Below are positions 1 to 10,652 of a DNA stretch of 64,000 bases, piece by piece. Origin of the DNA: an uncultured Candidatus Saccharibacteria bacterium. Lineage in GTDB: Bacteria > Patescibacteriota > Minisyncoccia > UBA6257. How positions within the stretch are numbered: position 1 is the stretch's first letter; every line of letters starts with the position of its first letter. The notes under the pieces are model-generated. The model ran no database searches, was not told where the DNA came from, and saw nothing but the letters and a program-made list of their open reading frames with translations. The position numbers and the translations under genes are program-made. Where the stretch lies: contig CAYZJA010000001.1 in NCBI GenBank assembly GCA_964479005.1, forward strand, positions 250,225 through 314,224, written 5' to 3'.

Positions 1-628
1 ACGGCATATAGAAAAGCTGAAAAACAGAACCTAATAAATTATTAACCGAGTCTAAAATAAAAAATATAAGACTAAAAACAATATTTAGTGAGATTAATCT
101 ACCAAATACTTTCCACCAATTACCTTCTACTAATTTCCAACTATGTTTTAATGCTTTCATGCCCCTTTTCCCTTCAACAATAAAAATATAAGAATAAAGG
201 GTTAAATAGGTTCCCACTATAATACCTGGAATAACGAAAAAAAGACTGGATAAAACAACAAAAAAACCTACTAATATTACAAGCCAAAGATACTGGCCAA
301 ATTTTTTCCAGGCCTCCTGAAAAATCTCTTTTAATTTAGTTCCAACAGGTTTTACTGTCAATATTATAAAGGTAAGTCCGATAAATATTGTCCACAATAC
401 TATAGCTGAGAACATTCCAATAACTAATGGTGAGAAAAATAAAGCTTTCGCAGTTTCTGTAGCAGCGACGTCTTTTAATTTCAAAACCGAAAACATCATA
501 CTTCCTCCTAAGGACACTCCAAGAATTGTCATTACGACTCCAGAGATAAGCAAGATAAGTAAAATTGGTATTATCTTTTGCTTATAAACTCCAAAACTTT
601 CTTTTATTAACGTAGTAAAATTTTTCAT
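1..628 (-). CDS. hypothetical polytopic membrane protein (partial, continues beyond window start)
   Basis: Manual minus-strand translation from ATG at 628 gives MKNFTTLIKESFGVYKQKIIPILLILLISGVVMTILGVSLGG..., hydrophobic throughout; not in ORF track because it runs off the window edge. Confidence 0.4.
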   Translation of the reverse strand, partial: MKNFTTLIKESFGVYKQKIIPILLILLISGVVMTILGVSLGGSMMFSVLKLKDVAATETAKALFFSPLVIGMFSAIVLWTIFIGLTFIILTVKPVGTKLKEIFQEAWKKFGQYLWLVILVGFFVVLSSLFFVIPGIIVGTYLTLYSYIFIVEGKRGMKALKHSWKLVEGNWWKVFGRLISLNIVFSLIFFILDSVNNLLGSVFQLFYMP

Positions 629-707
629 TATTTTATTATTTTTAATCTTTTTTGTATTCTCTTGACCTTGTTTAGAGAATAATTACTAATTACTTATTAT
701 AACAAAA

Positions 708-2450
708 TTATGATTCATTTTGAAGAGCAGATTGTAATTCCCAAAATTCCCTATATACTCCATTCGGTTTTTTAATTAGCTCTTCGTGTTTTCCCATTTC
801 AACTATTCTCCCTTTTTTCAAAACCAAAATCTTATCTGCATTTTTAATAGTACTAAGACGATGAGCAATAATAAAACATGTTCTATCTTTCATTAAATTA
901 TTTAATCCTCCCTGAATCAACTTTTCTGAAACTGAATCTAAAGCTGATGTAGCCTCATCTAAAATTAAAATTTTTGGATTTCTCAACAAAGCCCTAGCAA
1001 TAGCTACTCTTTGTTTTTGACCAGTGGAAAGTTTAATCCCTCTTTCCCCTACTAGTTGATTATATTTTCCAGGAAATTTTTCTATAAACTCTGACGCATT
1101 AGCTATTTCTGCAGCTTTTTTAATTTCTTCATCAGTAGCATTAAATTTACCATAACGAATATTCTGTTTAATAGTATTATTAAATAAAACCACTTCTTGA
1201 GGAACAATTGATATCTGGCTACGTAAACTCTTTAATTTTATCTTTTTAATATTTACTCCGTTAATAAAAATCCCGCCCCGTCGAGGTAGATAGAATCGCT
1301 CTATTAAATCAATCAAGGTAGTCTTTCCTACCCCACTCTCACCAACAAGGGCAATCTTTTCTCCATCCTTAGCCTCAAACGAAATGTCTTTTAATATTGG
1401 CGTGGTTTTTTTGTAATAAAAATCAACATTACGAAATTCTACATTTCCTTTGATATCTAAATCTTTAGCTCCAAAAAAATCTTTCTCCTCCCCTATTTTA
1501 TAGTAACCTATAGCCCTCCGAAAAGCAGTTAAAGATGTACGCAATTGACGGTATTGAGATGCAAGCCTATTAAGAGGCCTTGAAAGAAGTGAAATATACC
1601 CTATAAACATTACTAATTTACCTGGTGATAATTGTCCATTTCTTAACATTATTATTCCTAATCCTAAAACAGAACTAAAACTTAATACATTAATAACTTT
1701 TTGCCAAAAACCCATTCTAATCCAAATAGAACGCCAGTTTTTATCAATACGACCAGCTGAATTAAACCTTCTCGTATTATCCTTCCTTTCTAAGTCTTCA
1801 CTGGTATTTGATTTAATTGTATGAGCATTAACTATTGAATCATATAAATAACCATACGCTCGTTCATAAGCTTGATGAACTGATATTTGAGCTTTAATAA
1901 TCTTTTTTGTATAAGCAATGGTTACTATGATGAAAATTACCATAGCAACTAATAAAATTGTACTTAACCGCCATTCTGCCCAGAAAAGAATTGATAGAGC
2001 AAGAAAAAAGGAAATGATAGTAGGGGCAAAAGAAAACAAAACATTCTCAATTAAGTTGTAAAGGCTTGAAACACCTCTGTTAATTTTCCGTAAAACCTTT
2101 CCTGTCTTTTGTTCTTTATGAAAAGAGATTGGTAAATTAATAATGTAAGCATAAAGATCAGTAGTCAAATAATTAGCTAAATCAACAGTGATTTCATAGC
2201 TATTTTTTGTACTATACCTTTCTAAAACATTTGCTATTAAATTAATGCCTGTCCAAAGAAAAATTAATTGTATTATAAAAACAAGTGAAGAATTAGGATC
2301 AATTGCCAAGTCAACCAAACTTCCATAAATATAAGGAACAATTGTAATTAAAATACTTGATATTAAGATAGCAAAAATTCCCCAATAAAATTTTGAAGGA
2401 TGTTTTATTCGGCTTAAAATAAATTTTAAATCCTGTTTAATTTGAGTCAT
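708..2450 (-). CDS. ABC exporter, fused permease/ATP-binding protein (MsbA-like)
   Basis: N-terminal 6-TM region; Walker A GESGVGKTT; ABC signature LSTGQKQRVAIARALL; Walker B ILILDEATSALD. Confidence 0.85.
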   Translation of the reverse strand: MTQIKQDLKFILSRIKHPSKFYWGIFAILISSILITIVPYIYGSLVDLAIDPNSSLVFIIQLIFLWTGINLIANVLERYSTKNSYEITVDLANYLTTDLYAYIINLPISFHKEQKTGKVLRKINRGVSSLYNLIENVLFSFAPTIISFFLALSILFWAEWRLSTILLVAMVIFIIVTIAYTKKIIKAQISVHQAYERAYGYLYDSIVNAHTIKSNTSEDLERKDNTRRFNSAGRIDKNWRSIWIRMGFWQKVINVLSFSSVLGLGIIMLRNGQLSPGKLVMFIGYISLLSRPLNRLASQYRQLRTSLTAFRRAIGYYKIGEEKDFFGAKDLDIKGNVEFRNVDFYYKKTTPILKDISFEAKDGEKIALVGESGVGKTTLIDLIERFYLPRRGGIFINGVNIKKIKLKSLRSQISIVPQEVVLFNNTIKQNIRYGKFNATDEEIKKAAEIANASEFIEKFPGKYNQLVGERGIKLSTGQKQRVAIARALLRNPKILILDEATSALDSVSEKLIQGGLNNLMKDRTCFIIAHRLSTIKNADKILVLKKGRIVEMGKHEELIKKPNGVYREFWELQSALQNES

Positions 2451-2456
2451 TAAAAA

Positions 2457-3584
2457 TTACTCCTCGATTTCCTTTTGCAGTTTTTCCAAAAGTTCTTTTG
2501 CCTGCGCAGAAACTTTCTTAGGAGTCCTAATCCTTATTTTAACATATAAATCCCCTTGGCCTGGAGCGTCAAAATGTTTAACCCCGTTTCCTCTGATACG
2601 AAAGATTTCTCCAGATTCTGTTCCAGAAGGAATTTTTAAAAGAATCTTTTTCTCTCTATCTTTTAATGAACTAAGAATTTTTACCTCTTTTTTAGTTCCA
2701 AGCACTGCCTCGGTAAAACTTATGTACAAAGTCGTATGCAAATCATCGCCCTTTCTTTCAAATGCCAAGTGTCGCCTAATTATTATTCTAATGTATAAAT
2801 CCCCGCTTAATCCATCCAATATCCCAACTTCCCCTTCTTTTCTTATCCTGATTGTTTCTCCATCTCTTATTCCAACAGGAATATCCACTTTGATCTCTTT
2901 GTTGCCATAATAACGGCCATCACCTCCGCAAGTTTTACATGGCTTTTCTGGAATTTTTCCTCTTCCTTTACATTTTGGGCATTCAATTATTTGAGTAAAC
3001 TCTCCTAAAAAGGTCCTGCGTAATTCTCTAATCACCCCTTCTCCTTTACAATTTGAACATTCTTTTAACTTGGAATTTGGTTCATATCCTTTGCCATTAC
3101 AATGTTCGCAAACAAGATAAGTTTTAAAGGAAATATCCTGTCTTGCTCCAAAAGCCGCTTCTTCTAAATCTATTTCTAGATTAACCTCAATGTCTCTCCC
3201 CTTATTTTGATATGCGCTTTTCCTTTTTCTTGTAGAAGTAGCTGCTTCTTTGAAAAAATCAGAAAAAATGTCCCCAATATCAAAGTTTCCAGAAAAACCA
3301 AATGGCGATTGGGATCCGCCTTCTTGCCATTCAAATCCGGGAAATCCCTGTTGAAATCCAGCTCCTGCTCCCTCAAATACACGGCCAAATTTATCATACT
3401 GGGTTCTTTTCTCTTTATTAGATAAAACCTGATATGCTTCGTTTATCTCTTTAAATTTTTCTGAACTACCTCCTTTATCTGGATGATGCTTATGAGCTAA
3501 TTTATAAAAAGCTTTTTTGATTTCTTCTGGAGAAGCTGAGCGCGAAACACCTAAAATATCATAATAATCTTTCATATTTATCAA
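2457..3584 (-). CDS. dnaJ: molecular chaperone DnaJ
   Basis: J domain with HPD (YYDILGV...HHPDKGG); Gly/Phe-rich linker; four CxxCxGxG zinc-finger repeats; C-terminal substrate domain. Confidence 0.9.
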   Translation of the reverse strand: MINMKDYYDILGVSRSASPEEIKKAFYKLAHKHHPDKGGSSEKFKEINEAYQVLSNKEKRTQYDKFGRVFEGAGAGFQQGFPGFEWQEGGSQSPFGFSGNFDIGDIFSDFFKEAATSTRKRKSAYQNKGRDIEVNLEIDLEEAAFGARQDISFKTYLVCEHCNGKGYEPNSKLKECSNCKGEGVIRELRRTFLGEFTQIIECPKCKGRGKIPEKPCKTCGGDGRYYGNKEIKVDIPVGIRDGETIRIRKEGEVGILDGLSGDLYIRIIIRRHLAFERKGDDLHTTLYISFTEAVLGTKKEVKILSSLKDREKKILLKIPSGTESGEIFRIRGNGVKHFDAPGQGDLYVKIRIRTPKKVSAQAKELLEKLQKEIEE

Positions 3585-4552
3585 CTAATAATAATTTCTT
3601 GTTTTTCTACTCCAATACGTTTAATTTTTAAGTATTTAAGAGATAAAAGAATTTGAAGAAAAATCCAACTAACTGCAATTAAAATAATAGAGAATATAAT
3701 ATTAAAAAATCTTAAGAAACTTATCATAAATAAAAATACCAAAGCGCCAACTCCAATTTTTAATAAAGGAGAAAAAGTTTGCCAACGGGATTTTAATACT
3801 TCTATTATCAAAGACGACAATTTTTCCTTACCAGAGACAGGATATTTTAAAAATTCAGAAAGCTTTGATTTCGTTTGTTGTAAAAGAGGTTGATTAACTA
3901 TTGAATTAAAAACTCCTAAATCTGGCGTTTGTTGTTCAATATATTTTCCTAAGATATCATCAATTGTTCCAGATAGCTGTAAATTAGAAAAAGGTTGTAT
4001 AGCTCCTGCTTGAGAAAACATAGAATCCAAAGCTTTAGTTCCTTCTTGTTCTATTAATGTCGTATTTTTCTGAAAATAAGCCAAACTAGATAAAGATATT
4101 ACCAAAACTAAAAGAATATAAAAAGAACTTTTACCAACTATACGCATCCATTGAAGATTTATTAAGGAGTTATATTCAGTTTTTATTCTTATTCTTGATA
4201 ATAAAAAGAGGACAAAAATACCTCCCCAAATAAGCCAGATAATTTTACCAAATTGATGGCTAAGAAATAATGGAATGAATGCGCTTGCGCTAATAATTAA
4301 ATTCCAAAACAGAAAATCTTTAATCGGAAGTATTAAAAAGAATATTGGAAGTATACCTAACCCCATAATCCAAAAAACACAAAATCCAATTAAATTAGCG
4401 TTGCTAACCCCTTGTAATAATCCAATAAAAAAAAGAGACCCTAAAGCAAAACAAGCTACAATTAAAATACCTATGATAGAATTTTTAAAGAAAATTGTTC
4501 TATCTTGATAAGCTAATTTGTAACTGTTTAAAAAATTAGGGTTCTTAGCCAT
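3581..4552 (-). CDS. hypothetical polytopic membrane protein embedded in the dnaK operon
   Basis: Long ORF, multiple hydrophobic helices; start overlaps dnaJ by 4 nt; no recognizable motif. Confidence 0.45.
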   Translation of the reverse strand: MAKNPNFLNSYKLAYQDRTIFFKNSIIGILIVACFALGSLFFIGLLQGVSNANLIGFCVFWIMGLGILPIFFLILPIKDFLFWNLIISASAFIPLFLSHQFGKIIWLIWGGIFVLFLLSRIRIKTEYNSLINLQWMRIVGKSSFYILLVLVISLSSLAYFQKNTTLIEQEGTKALDSMFSQAGAIQPFSNLQLSGTIDDILGKYIEQQTPDLGVFNSIVNQPLLQQTKSKLSEFLKYPVSGKEKLSSLIIEVLKSRWQTFSPLLKIGVGALVFLFMISFLRFFNIIFSIILIAVSWIFLQILLSLKYLKIKRIGVEKQEIIIS

Positions 4553-4587
4553 TGAAATTAAAATTTTCTTGCTTCAATCATACCATA

Positions 4588-6501
4588 TCATTGTTTCTCC
4601 TCAAAATCAGCATCTTTAGCATCTTTATCTTCCTTATCATCCTTGTCATTCTTATCTGTTTCTTTTTCTTCTGATTTAGTTTTTTCCTCTTCTTGCTTTT
4701 GTTGTTGGTAAAGATGAGTTCCTACTTCTTGTAATGATTGCGACAATTCTTCGGTTTTTGTCTTTATAACATCAAAGTCATCATTTTTCAGCACTTCTTT
4801 TAATTCTTTGGCTTTATCTTCTATTTTAGCTTTTAAATCTGCTGGAACTTTTTTACCTGCGTCTTTTAAGGTTTTTTCTGTAGTATAAACCAATGATTCT
4901 GCATTATTTCTTATTTCAATATTTCCCTTTTTCTTTTCATCTTCTTCTCTATGTAATTCTGCTTCTTTTTTTAGTTTTTCTACTTCTTCTTTTGACAAAC
5001 CTGAAGATCCCTCAATGTGAATGGATTGCTCTTTTCCAGTAGCTTTATCTTTAGCAGTAACATTTAAAATACCATTAGCATCAATATCAAAAGTTACTTC
5101 AATTTGAGGAATACCGCGAGGAGCAGGAGGAATGCCATCTAATATAAATCGCCCAAGAGATTTGTTATCAGCAGACATTGGTCTTTCTCCTTGAAGCACG
5201 TGGATTTCTACTGATGTTTGATTTTCTGCTGCAGTGGAAAATATCTGGCTTTTAGCAACCGGAACAGTAGTATTTTTGGAAATTAAAACAGTATTCACTC
5301 CACCCAACGTTTCTATGCCCAAAGAAAGAGGAGTAACATCTAAAAGTAAAACGTCCTTCATTTCGCCACCTATAATGCCGGCTTGAACAGCTGCCCCAAT
5401 TGCAACTACTTCATCTGGATTAATTTCTTTATTTGGTTCTTTGTCAAATAATTTTTTCACTTCTTCTTGAATTTTAGGCATTCTTGTTTGCCCACCAACT
5501 AAAACTATCTCTTCTATATCAGAAACCTTCAGTTTACACTCTTTCATCGTTTTTTTAGTTAAATCAATTGATTTTTTAATATAATCATCAACTAATTCTT
5601 CTAATTTGGAACGGCTTAGACTATAAGAGAGGTGCTTTGGACCAGAAACGCCAGAAGTGATAAACGGCAAGTTAATTTCCACTTGCATTGTTGAAGATAA
5701 TTCTTTCTTTGCTTTTTCAGCCGCTTCTTTAATTCTTTGTAAAGCCAAAGGGTCTTTATGTAAATCTATATTTTCATCACGTTTAAAACTTTCTATAACC
5801 CAATCCATTATTTTTTGGTCAAAATCATCTCCCCCTAAATGCGTATCTCCACCCGTTCCTTTAACTTCAATGGTCTCAGGAGTAACATCAAGAATAGAGA
5901 TATCAAAAGTTCCTCCTCCAAAGTCATAAACAACTATCTGATGATCTTTCTTTTTATCCAAGCCATAAGCTAAAGCAGCTGCTGTTGGCTCATTTATTAC
6001 TCTCTTTACATTAAAACCAGCTATTTCTCCAGCGTCCTTTGTCGCTTTTCTTTGGCTATCATCAAAATAAGCGGGACATGTTATTACTGCGTCTGTAATT
6101 TTTTCTCCTAATTTTGCTTCAGCGTCTGTCTTTAATTTCTGTAAAATCATAGCTGAAATTTCCTGAGGTTTATACCAACGTTCGCCCATTTTTATTTCTA
6201 CTCCGTTATTGGCACCTTCTTTAATTTCGTAGGAAAGAAGATCCTTGTCTTTTTGAACAATTGAATCAGAAAACTTCCTTCCAATTAATCTTTTAACAGA
6301 ATAAACCGTATTTTGAGGATTTGTAATAGCTTGGCGGCGAGCCAATATCCCAGTTAATCTTTCACCTGTCTTAGAAAAAGCTGCTACTGATGGAGTAGTT
6401 CTTTCACCTTCAGCATTTTCAATAATTTTGGGTTGGCCACCTTCTATAGTAGCCATTGCTGAAAAAGTTGTTCCTAAGTCTATACCTAATACTTTTGCCA
6501 T
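4588..6501 (-). CDS. dnaK: molecular chaperone DnaK (Hsp70)
   Basis: N-terminus [14 protein letters not shown]; DxGGGTFD; acidic K/E/D-rich C-terminal tail. Confidence 0.95.
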   Translation of the reverse strand: MAKVLGIDLGTTFSAMATIEGGQPKIIENAEGERTTPSVAAFSKTGERLTGILARRQAITNPQNTVYSVKRLIGRKFSDSIVQKDKDLLSYEIKEGANNGVEIKMGERWYKPQEISAMILQKLKTDAEAKLGEKITDAVITCPAYFDDSQRKATKDAGEIAGFNVKRVINEPTAAALAYGLDKKKDHQIVVYDFGGGTFDISILDVTPETIEVKGTGGDTHLGGDDFDQKIMDWVIESFKRDENIDLHKDPLALQRIKEAAEKAKKELSSTMQVEINLPFITSGVSGPKHLSYSLSRSKLEELVDDYIKKSIDLTKKTMKECKLKVSDIEEIVLVGGQTRMPKIQEEVKKLFDKEPNKEINPDEVVAIGAAVQAGIIGGEMKDVLLLDVTPLSLGIETLGGVNTVLISKNTTVPVAKSQIFSTAAENQTSVEIHVLQGERPMSADNKSLGRFILDGIPPAPRGIPQIEVTFDIDANGILNVTAKDKATGKEQSIHIEGSSGLSKEEVEKLKKEAELHREEDEKKKGNIEIRNNAESLVYTTEKTLKDAGKKVPADLKAKIEDKAKELKEVLKNDDFDVIKTKTEELSQSLQEVGTHLYQQQKQEEEKTKSEEKETDKNDKDDKEDKDAKDADFEEKQ

Positions 6502-6544
6502 AATATTTGTTTATTATTTATTATTAATTATTAATTGTTACTTA

Positions 6545-7039
6545 TTATTTATTCTTTGCCTTTGCCACTATCACCCGACAAGGGCGAATTACTTTACCAT
6601 TAAGAATGTATCCTTTTTCTAAAATTTCTGTAATTGTATCAGGAGAAAATTTCTTATTTTCTGTTACTGCTACCACTTCGTGAAAAGCTGGATTTAATGA
6701 ATCGCCTAATTTAACTTTAATTTTCTCAATACCCTCCTTATCTAAAATATCCTCTAATTGACTTTTTATTAAATAAATTCCTTTAAGATAATGTTCATTT
6801 TCTTTTTTATCTTTTTTTTGTTTTAAAAAACTTTCAATGGCTAAATCAAATCCATCCAAGACAGCAATTAATGATTTGATAATTCTCTCATTAGAGAACC
6901 TTACAATCTCTTTAAATCTTTCTTTTTCGTCTTTCTTATAATTAATAAAATTAGCTCTTTCTTTTTGCCATCCTTTTAAATACTCGCCTTTTTCTTTTTT
7001 TAATTTTTCAAATTCTTTTTGTTTTTTGTCATCAGTCAT
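6545..7039 (-). CDS. grpE: nucleotide exchange factor GrpE
   Basis: Coiled-coil N-terminus; RxxAEFENYKKR-like motif (ERANFINYKKDEKER); C-terminal GKVIRPCRVIV; sits between hrcA and dnaK. Confidence 0.8.
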   Translation of the reverse strand: MTDDKKQKEFEKLKKEKGEYLKGWQKERANFINYKKDEKERFKEIVRFSNERIIKSLIAVLDGFDLAIESFLKQKKDKKENEHYLKGIYLIKSQLEDILDKEGIEKIKVKLGDSLNPAFHEVVAVTENKKFSPDTITEILEKGYILNGKVIRPCRVIVAKAKNK

Positions 7040-7050
7040 ATTTTTTAAAA

Positions 7051-7815
7051 TTATGATGTTAAATTAGTAATTGCCCTTAAAATAGCTATATTTCTTTTAT
7101 AAGGCATCCTTTTAGGGCCTAATATTCCTAAAATCGCCCTTGGTCTGGAAACAACGCTAAGTAAAGAACTGAATTGATCAGACCGCACAAAAGGATTCTC
7201 TTTCCCTATTAGGATAAGCGGATTTTCATCAATCTTTATGTTTTTTAACTTTTCATCCAATTTTTCCAAAGATTCGGCTATCTGTTGAAAAAATCTACAA
7301 GTTAATAATTCTTCTTCAAGCATTTCCGCAAACATATACTTAAACCCTTGTTTGATTATTTCATCTTCTTCAAATAAATAACAAAAACAAAACGAATGGC
7401 TCTCTTCTGATATCACATCTAATAATTTCTTTATTTCTTTTATAAAATCGATATGCTCTTTTGGCTTAGGTTTAATTTTTAATACCTGACTCTTTAATTT
7501 TTCTTCCCATTCTTCTAAAGAATCGTTTTCGTCCTCAAAGACATTATCAATAAAAAATTTCCAGGCCTTGTCTGTTGGTATACGCCCGCTTGAAATATAA
7601 GGTTTATATAAATAACCTTCTTGAGTAAGTATTACAAAATCATTTCTAATTGTTGCTGAACTTACGCCGAGACGATATTTAGCATTCAAAATTTCAGAAG
7701 CAACAGGTTCACCAGTACGGGTATATTCTTTAATTAAAACTTTTAGAATATAACTGTTTCTATCTTTTAATTTTATTACCATATTATTTTCATTCTCTAT
7801 TTTACTCATTAGCAA
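7051..7815 (-). CDS. hrcA: heat-inducible transcriptional repressor HrcA
   Basis: N-terminal winged HTH (RNSYILKVLIKEYTRTGEPVASEIL...SSATIRNDFVILTQEGYLYKPYISSGRIPTD); first gene of hrcA-grpE-dnaK-dnaJ; true start may be the internal Met (MVIKLK...) at ~7782. Confidence 0.8.
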   Translation of the reverse strand: MLMSKIENENNMVIKLKDRNSYILKVLIKEYTRTGEPVASEILNAKYRLGVSSATIRNDFVILTQEGYLYKPYISSGRIPTDKAWKFFIDNVFEDENDSLEEWEEKLKSQVLKIKPKPKEHIDFIKEIKKLLDVISEESHSFCFCYLFEEDEIIKQGFKYMFAEMLEEELLTCRFFQQIAESLEKLDEKLKNIKIDENPLILIGKENPFVRSDQFSSLLSVVSRPRAILGILGPKRMPYKRNIAILRAITNLTS

Positions 7816-7835
7816 TCAAATGTCAAGAGTGCTAA
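7809..7835 (-). promoter_or_regulatory. CIRCE operator (HrcA binding site)
   Basis: TTAGCAATC-N9-GAGTGCTAA versus consensus TTAGCACTC-N9-GAGTGCTAA (1 mismatch); immediately at/upstream of the hrcA start. Confidence 0.85.
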
Positions 7836-7846
7836 GCGAGATAAAG

Positions 7847-7913
7847 GTTCGGAATATTGTTTCAAAAACACGCTAATCGCTATCGTTTTTTTCCACAACA
7901 TTCCGAACCTTCT
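7847..7913. repeat. 17-bp inverted repeat (AAGGTTCGGAATATTGT ... ACAACATTCCGAACCTT, 1 mismatch) with 33-nt spacer in the divergent hrcA/corA intergenic region
   Basis: Read directly from sequence; function unknown (large hairpin or dimeric regulator site). Confidence 0.6.
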
Positions 7914-8188
7914 TTTATATTTATTAAGAAGCAAGTATTTGTTCCTGAACGACATTAATGGAAGCAGAAGTACAAACAAATGAAACGAACGAAAAGGAAA
8001 GCCGGAACGAGCGAAGCCACGTTAGAAGTAAACTTCTAACGTGGCGAAGCGGATTCCGGAAGGCTTCCAGAGTGAGTGAATATTGTTTGTCTCTGTTGGA
8101 ATGTAGGAGTGAAGGAAAAATACTTGCTGAATTGTTGTCCCCTGTTTTTCCACGATTGAGTTTGCCTGACTTTATACGTCATGATAAA

Positions 8189-9124
8189 ATGAAGCTGTTG
8201 AATAATTTAAAACATATGAGACAAATATTTAAAGGAAAAATTACTTGGGTAGATATTACCTGCCCTGTTCAAGAAGACATTGAATATCTTCGCAAAAACT
8301 ATCGTTTTCACCCTATTATCTTGGAGGAGCTTAAAACGCCTTCCCAGAGAAATAAAACCGAAGCGCACGATGGCTATATTTTTTTAGTAACTCATTTCCC
8401 ATGTTGGAACGCTGTTGAAAAAAAATCTTCCCCATGGGAACTGGATATTATATTAGATAAAAATACTCTTATTACGATTTGTTATGAAAAAAGCACGACG
8501 ATGCGTGAAGAACTTATGGAAAAAGTTTATACAAAAGATTTTGAGAATTTATATCTTAGCGACACTATAAAACTTCTTTATTTTATTATTGAATATTTTT
8601 TGGATTTTGCCATACGGCAAATTTATCACATTCAGAAAAAGATTAATGATGTGGAAAAAGACATATTCCAAGGAAAAGCAGAAGACGCAATTCCTAATAT
8701 CTCCTTCGTAAAAAGAGATGTTCTGAATTTTCAAAGAATATTTAGGTATTTAAAAGAAACTCTATGTTCTTTATCCAGGCAAGGACCACGAATTTTTGGA
8801 GAAAATAAACGTATTTATTTTGACGATTTAGTCGGTGATAGCACTAAAGTAGAAAATCTTATTGATAATTTCAAGGACACTATAGAATCATTGGAAAATA
8901 CAAATAATTCCTTGATGGAACATAAAATCAATCTCTTAACCAGAATTTATACAATTCTTTCTCTTGTAACCTGGCCTACTATATTAGTCACTAGTATTTA
9001 TCAAATGAATACTAGTTATTTACCTTTTACGGGTTATCCTTATGATTTTTGGCTTATCCTATTAATTGCTTTTATACCATCAATATTAATCTTTTCTTAC
9101 CTTAAAAAAAGAAAGTTTCTATAA
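8189..9124 (+). CDS. corA: CorA-family divalent cation (Mg2+/Co2+) transporter
   Basis: Two C-terminal TM helices preceded by YQMNTSYLPF (variant of CorA YGMNF motif); acidic soluble N-domain. ORF-track start 7958 gives a 77-aa R/S-rich N-extension with atypical composition, so start is placed at Met 8189 (MKLLNNLKHMRQIF). Confidence 0.7.
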   Translation: MKLLNNLKHMRQIFKGKITWVDITCPVQEDIEYLRKNYRFHPIILEELKTPSQRNKTEAHDGYIFLVTHFPCWNAVEKKSSPWELDIILDKNTLITICYEKSTTMREELMEKVYTKDFENLYLSDTIKLLYFIIEYFLDFAIRQIYHIQKKINDVEKDIFQGKAEDAIPNISFVKRDVLNFQRIFRYLKETLCSLSRQGPRIFGENKRIYFDDLVGDSTKVENLIDNFKDTIESLENTNNSLMEHKINLLTRIYTILSLVTWPTILVTSIYQMNTSYLPFTGYPYDFWLILLIAFIPSILIFSYLKKRKFL

Positions 9125-9178
9125 GAACCTGCCTTGTTTCACTCGGCAGAACCTTGTTTTTCACTACACTCAAAATAA

Positions 9179-10642
9179 ATGATTTATTTTTACAATACCC
9201 TCACTAAAAAGAAGCAGGTTTTTAAACCAATAAAAAATAAGCAAGTTGGGCTTTATACTTGCGGTCCCACTGTTTATTCAACAGCGCATATTGGGAATTT
9301 AAGAACATACATCTTTGGGGATATTTTAAAAAGAGTTTTATTGTATCAAGGGTACAAAGTTAAACACGTAATGAACATTACTGATGTCGGACATTTAACT
9401 TCTGACGCTGATACAGGTGAAGACAAAATAGAAAAAGCGGCAAAAAAAACAAAAAAATCCGCTTTTGAAATAGCCGAATTTTATACTAAATCTTTCTTTG
9501 TTGATTGTAAAAAATTAAACATTCTCACTCCAGATATAATAGCCAAGGCAACAGATCATATTAAAGAAGACATTGAGCTCATTAAATCTTTAGAAAAAAA
9601 TAACTTCACTTATCAAACTAGTGACGGAATCTATTTTGATACTTCTAAATTGAAAGATTATGGAAAGTTAACCGGAATGAATTTTAAAAAACTTAATAAA
9701 ACATTAAAGGCTGGCGCAAGAATAGAATTATCTCCAGAGAAAAAGAATATTACTGATTTTTCCCTTTGGAAATTCTCTCCTAAAAATTCCAAAAGACAAA
9801 TGGAATGGGAATCACCTTGGGGACGTGGTTTTCCAGGATGGCATATTGAATGCTCTGTCATTAATTTAAAATATTTAGGCAAAGCTTTTAAAGGAAAAAA
9901 ACTTTTTCCAAAAAAAGCACAAACAATTGATATACATACTGGAGGAACAGATTTAATACCAATTCATCATACAAATGAAATAGCCCAAGTAGAGGCTGTA
10001 ACAAATAAAAAATTTGTAAATTTCTGGCTTCATGGAGAATTCCTTGTTTTAAAAGACGCACGAATGGGAAAATCTGAAAGTAATGCAATTTTAATTAAAA
10101 ACATTGAAGAATCCGTTTTTTCTCCCCTAGCATTTCGTTATTTAGCTCTAAATAGCCATTACAGAACATTATTGGAATTTTCTCAAAAAGCATTGGAAAA
10201 TGCCCAAGAAAGTCTGAATAATATTCATAATTTTATTCTAGATTGCTTAATTGATAAGAAAAGAATTCAAAAAAAGAAAACGCCAACTTTTTCATTAAAT
10301 CAAATCAAAAAAGAATTTGAAAAATCAATTAATGACGATCTTAATACTCCAAGGGCTTTGGCTGCTTTCTGGAAACTAATAAAAGATTATTATCAAATTA
10401 GAAGCAATCCAAAAGAAATCTACCAAATAGCCCTGAGTTTTGATAAAGTATTAGGGTTAGGATTAGATAAAATCAAACTCGTTATTCCGCCAAAAAAGAT
10501 AAAAGAATTAGCAAAAAAAAGGGAACAATTAAGAGAAATGAGAAAATGGGCAGAAGCCGATAAAATAAGAAAAATTATAGAAAAAGCTGGATTTTTGCTA
10601 GAAGACACAAAAAAAGGTACAATTATAAAACCAAAACTTTAA
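9179..10642 (+). CDS. cysS: cysteinyl-tRNA synthetase
   Basis: [17 protein letters not shown] (HIGH region), PGWHIECS zinc-binding motif, RMGKS (KMSKS-like). Confidence 0.85.
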   Translation: MIYFYNTLTKKKQVFKPIKNKQVGLYTCGPTVYSTAHIGNLRTYIFGDILKRVLLYQGYKVKHVMNITDVGHLTSDADTGEDKIEKAAKKTKKSAFEIAEFYTKSFFVDCKKLNILTPDIIAKATDHIKEDIELIKSLEKNNFTYQTSDGIYFDTSKLKDYGKLTGMNFKKLNKTLKAGARIELSPEKKNITDFSLWKFSPKNSKRQMEWESPWGRGFPGWHIECSVINLKYLGKAFKGKKLFPKKAQTIDIHTGGTDLIPIHHTNEIAQVEAVTNKKFVNFWLHGEFLVLKDARMGKSESNAILIKNIEESVFSPLAFRYLALNSHYRTLLEFSQKALENAQESLNNIHNFILDCLIDKKRIQKKKTPTFSLNQIKKEFEKSINDDLNTPRALAAFWKLIKDYYQIRSNPKEIYQIALSFDKVLGLGLDKIKLVIPPKKIKELAKKREQLREMRKWAEADKIRKIIEKAGFLLEDTKKGTIIKPKL

Positions 10643-10652
10643 TATCTAATAT

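Noticed and set aside
2722-3425. Short ORFs antisense to dnaJ (2722-2910, 3176-3397, 3207-3425) and similar antisense ORFs inside dnaK, cysS, ftsI, MTase, recombinase, lysS, mreB, murA and folD
   Set aside because: Fully nested within strongly supported genes on the opposite strand. Low-complexity translations.
7975-8110. Possible SRP (4.5S) or 5S rRNA in the GC-rich region before corA (CCGGAAGG, TTAGAAGTAAAC resemble conserved 4.5S/5S segments)
   Set aside because: The apical loop is UAAA rather than a GNRA tetraloop and the 5S loop C/E context is missing. It is treated as a cis-leader of unknown type instead.
7958-8188. 77-aa N-terminal extension of the CorA ORF in the six-frame track
   Set aside because: Arg/Ser/Glu-rich composition unlike any real protein here. 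It overlaps perfect hairpins, and the CorA homology begins at Met 8189.
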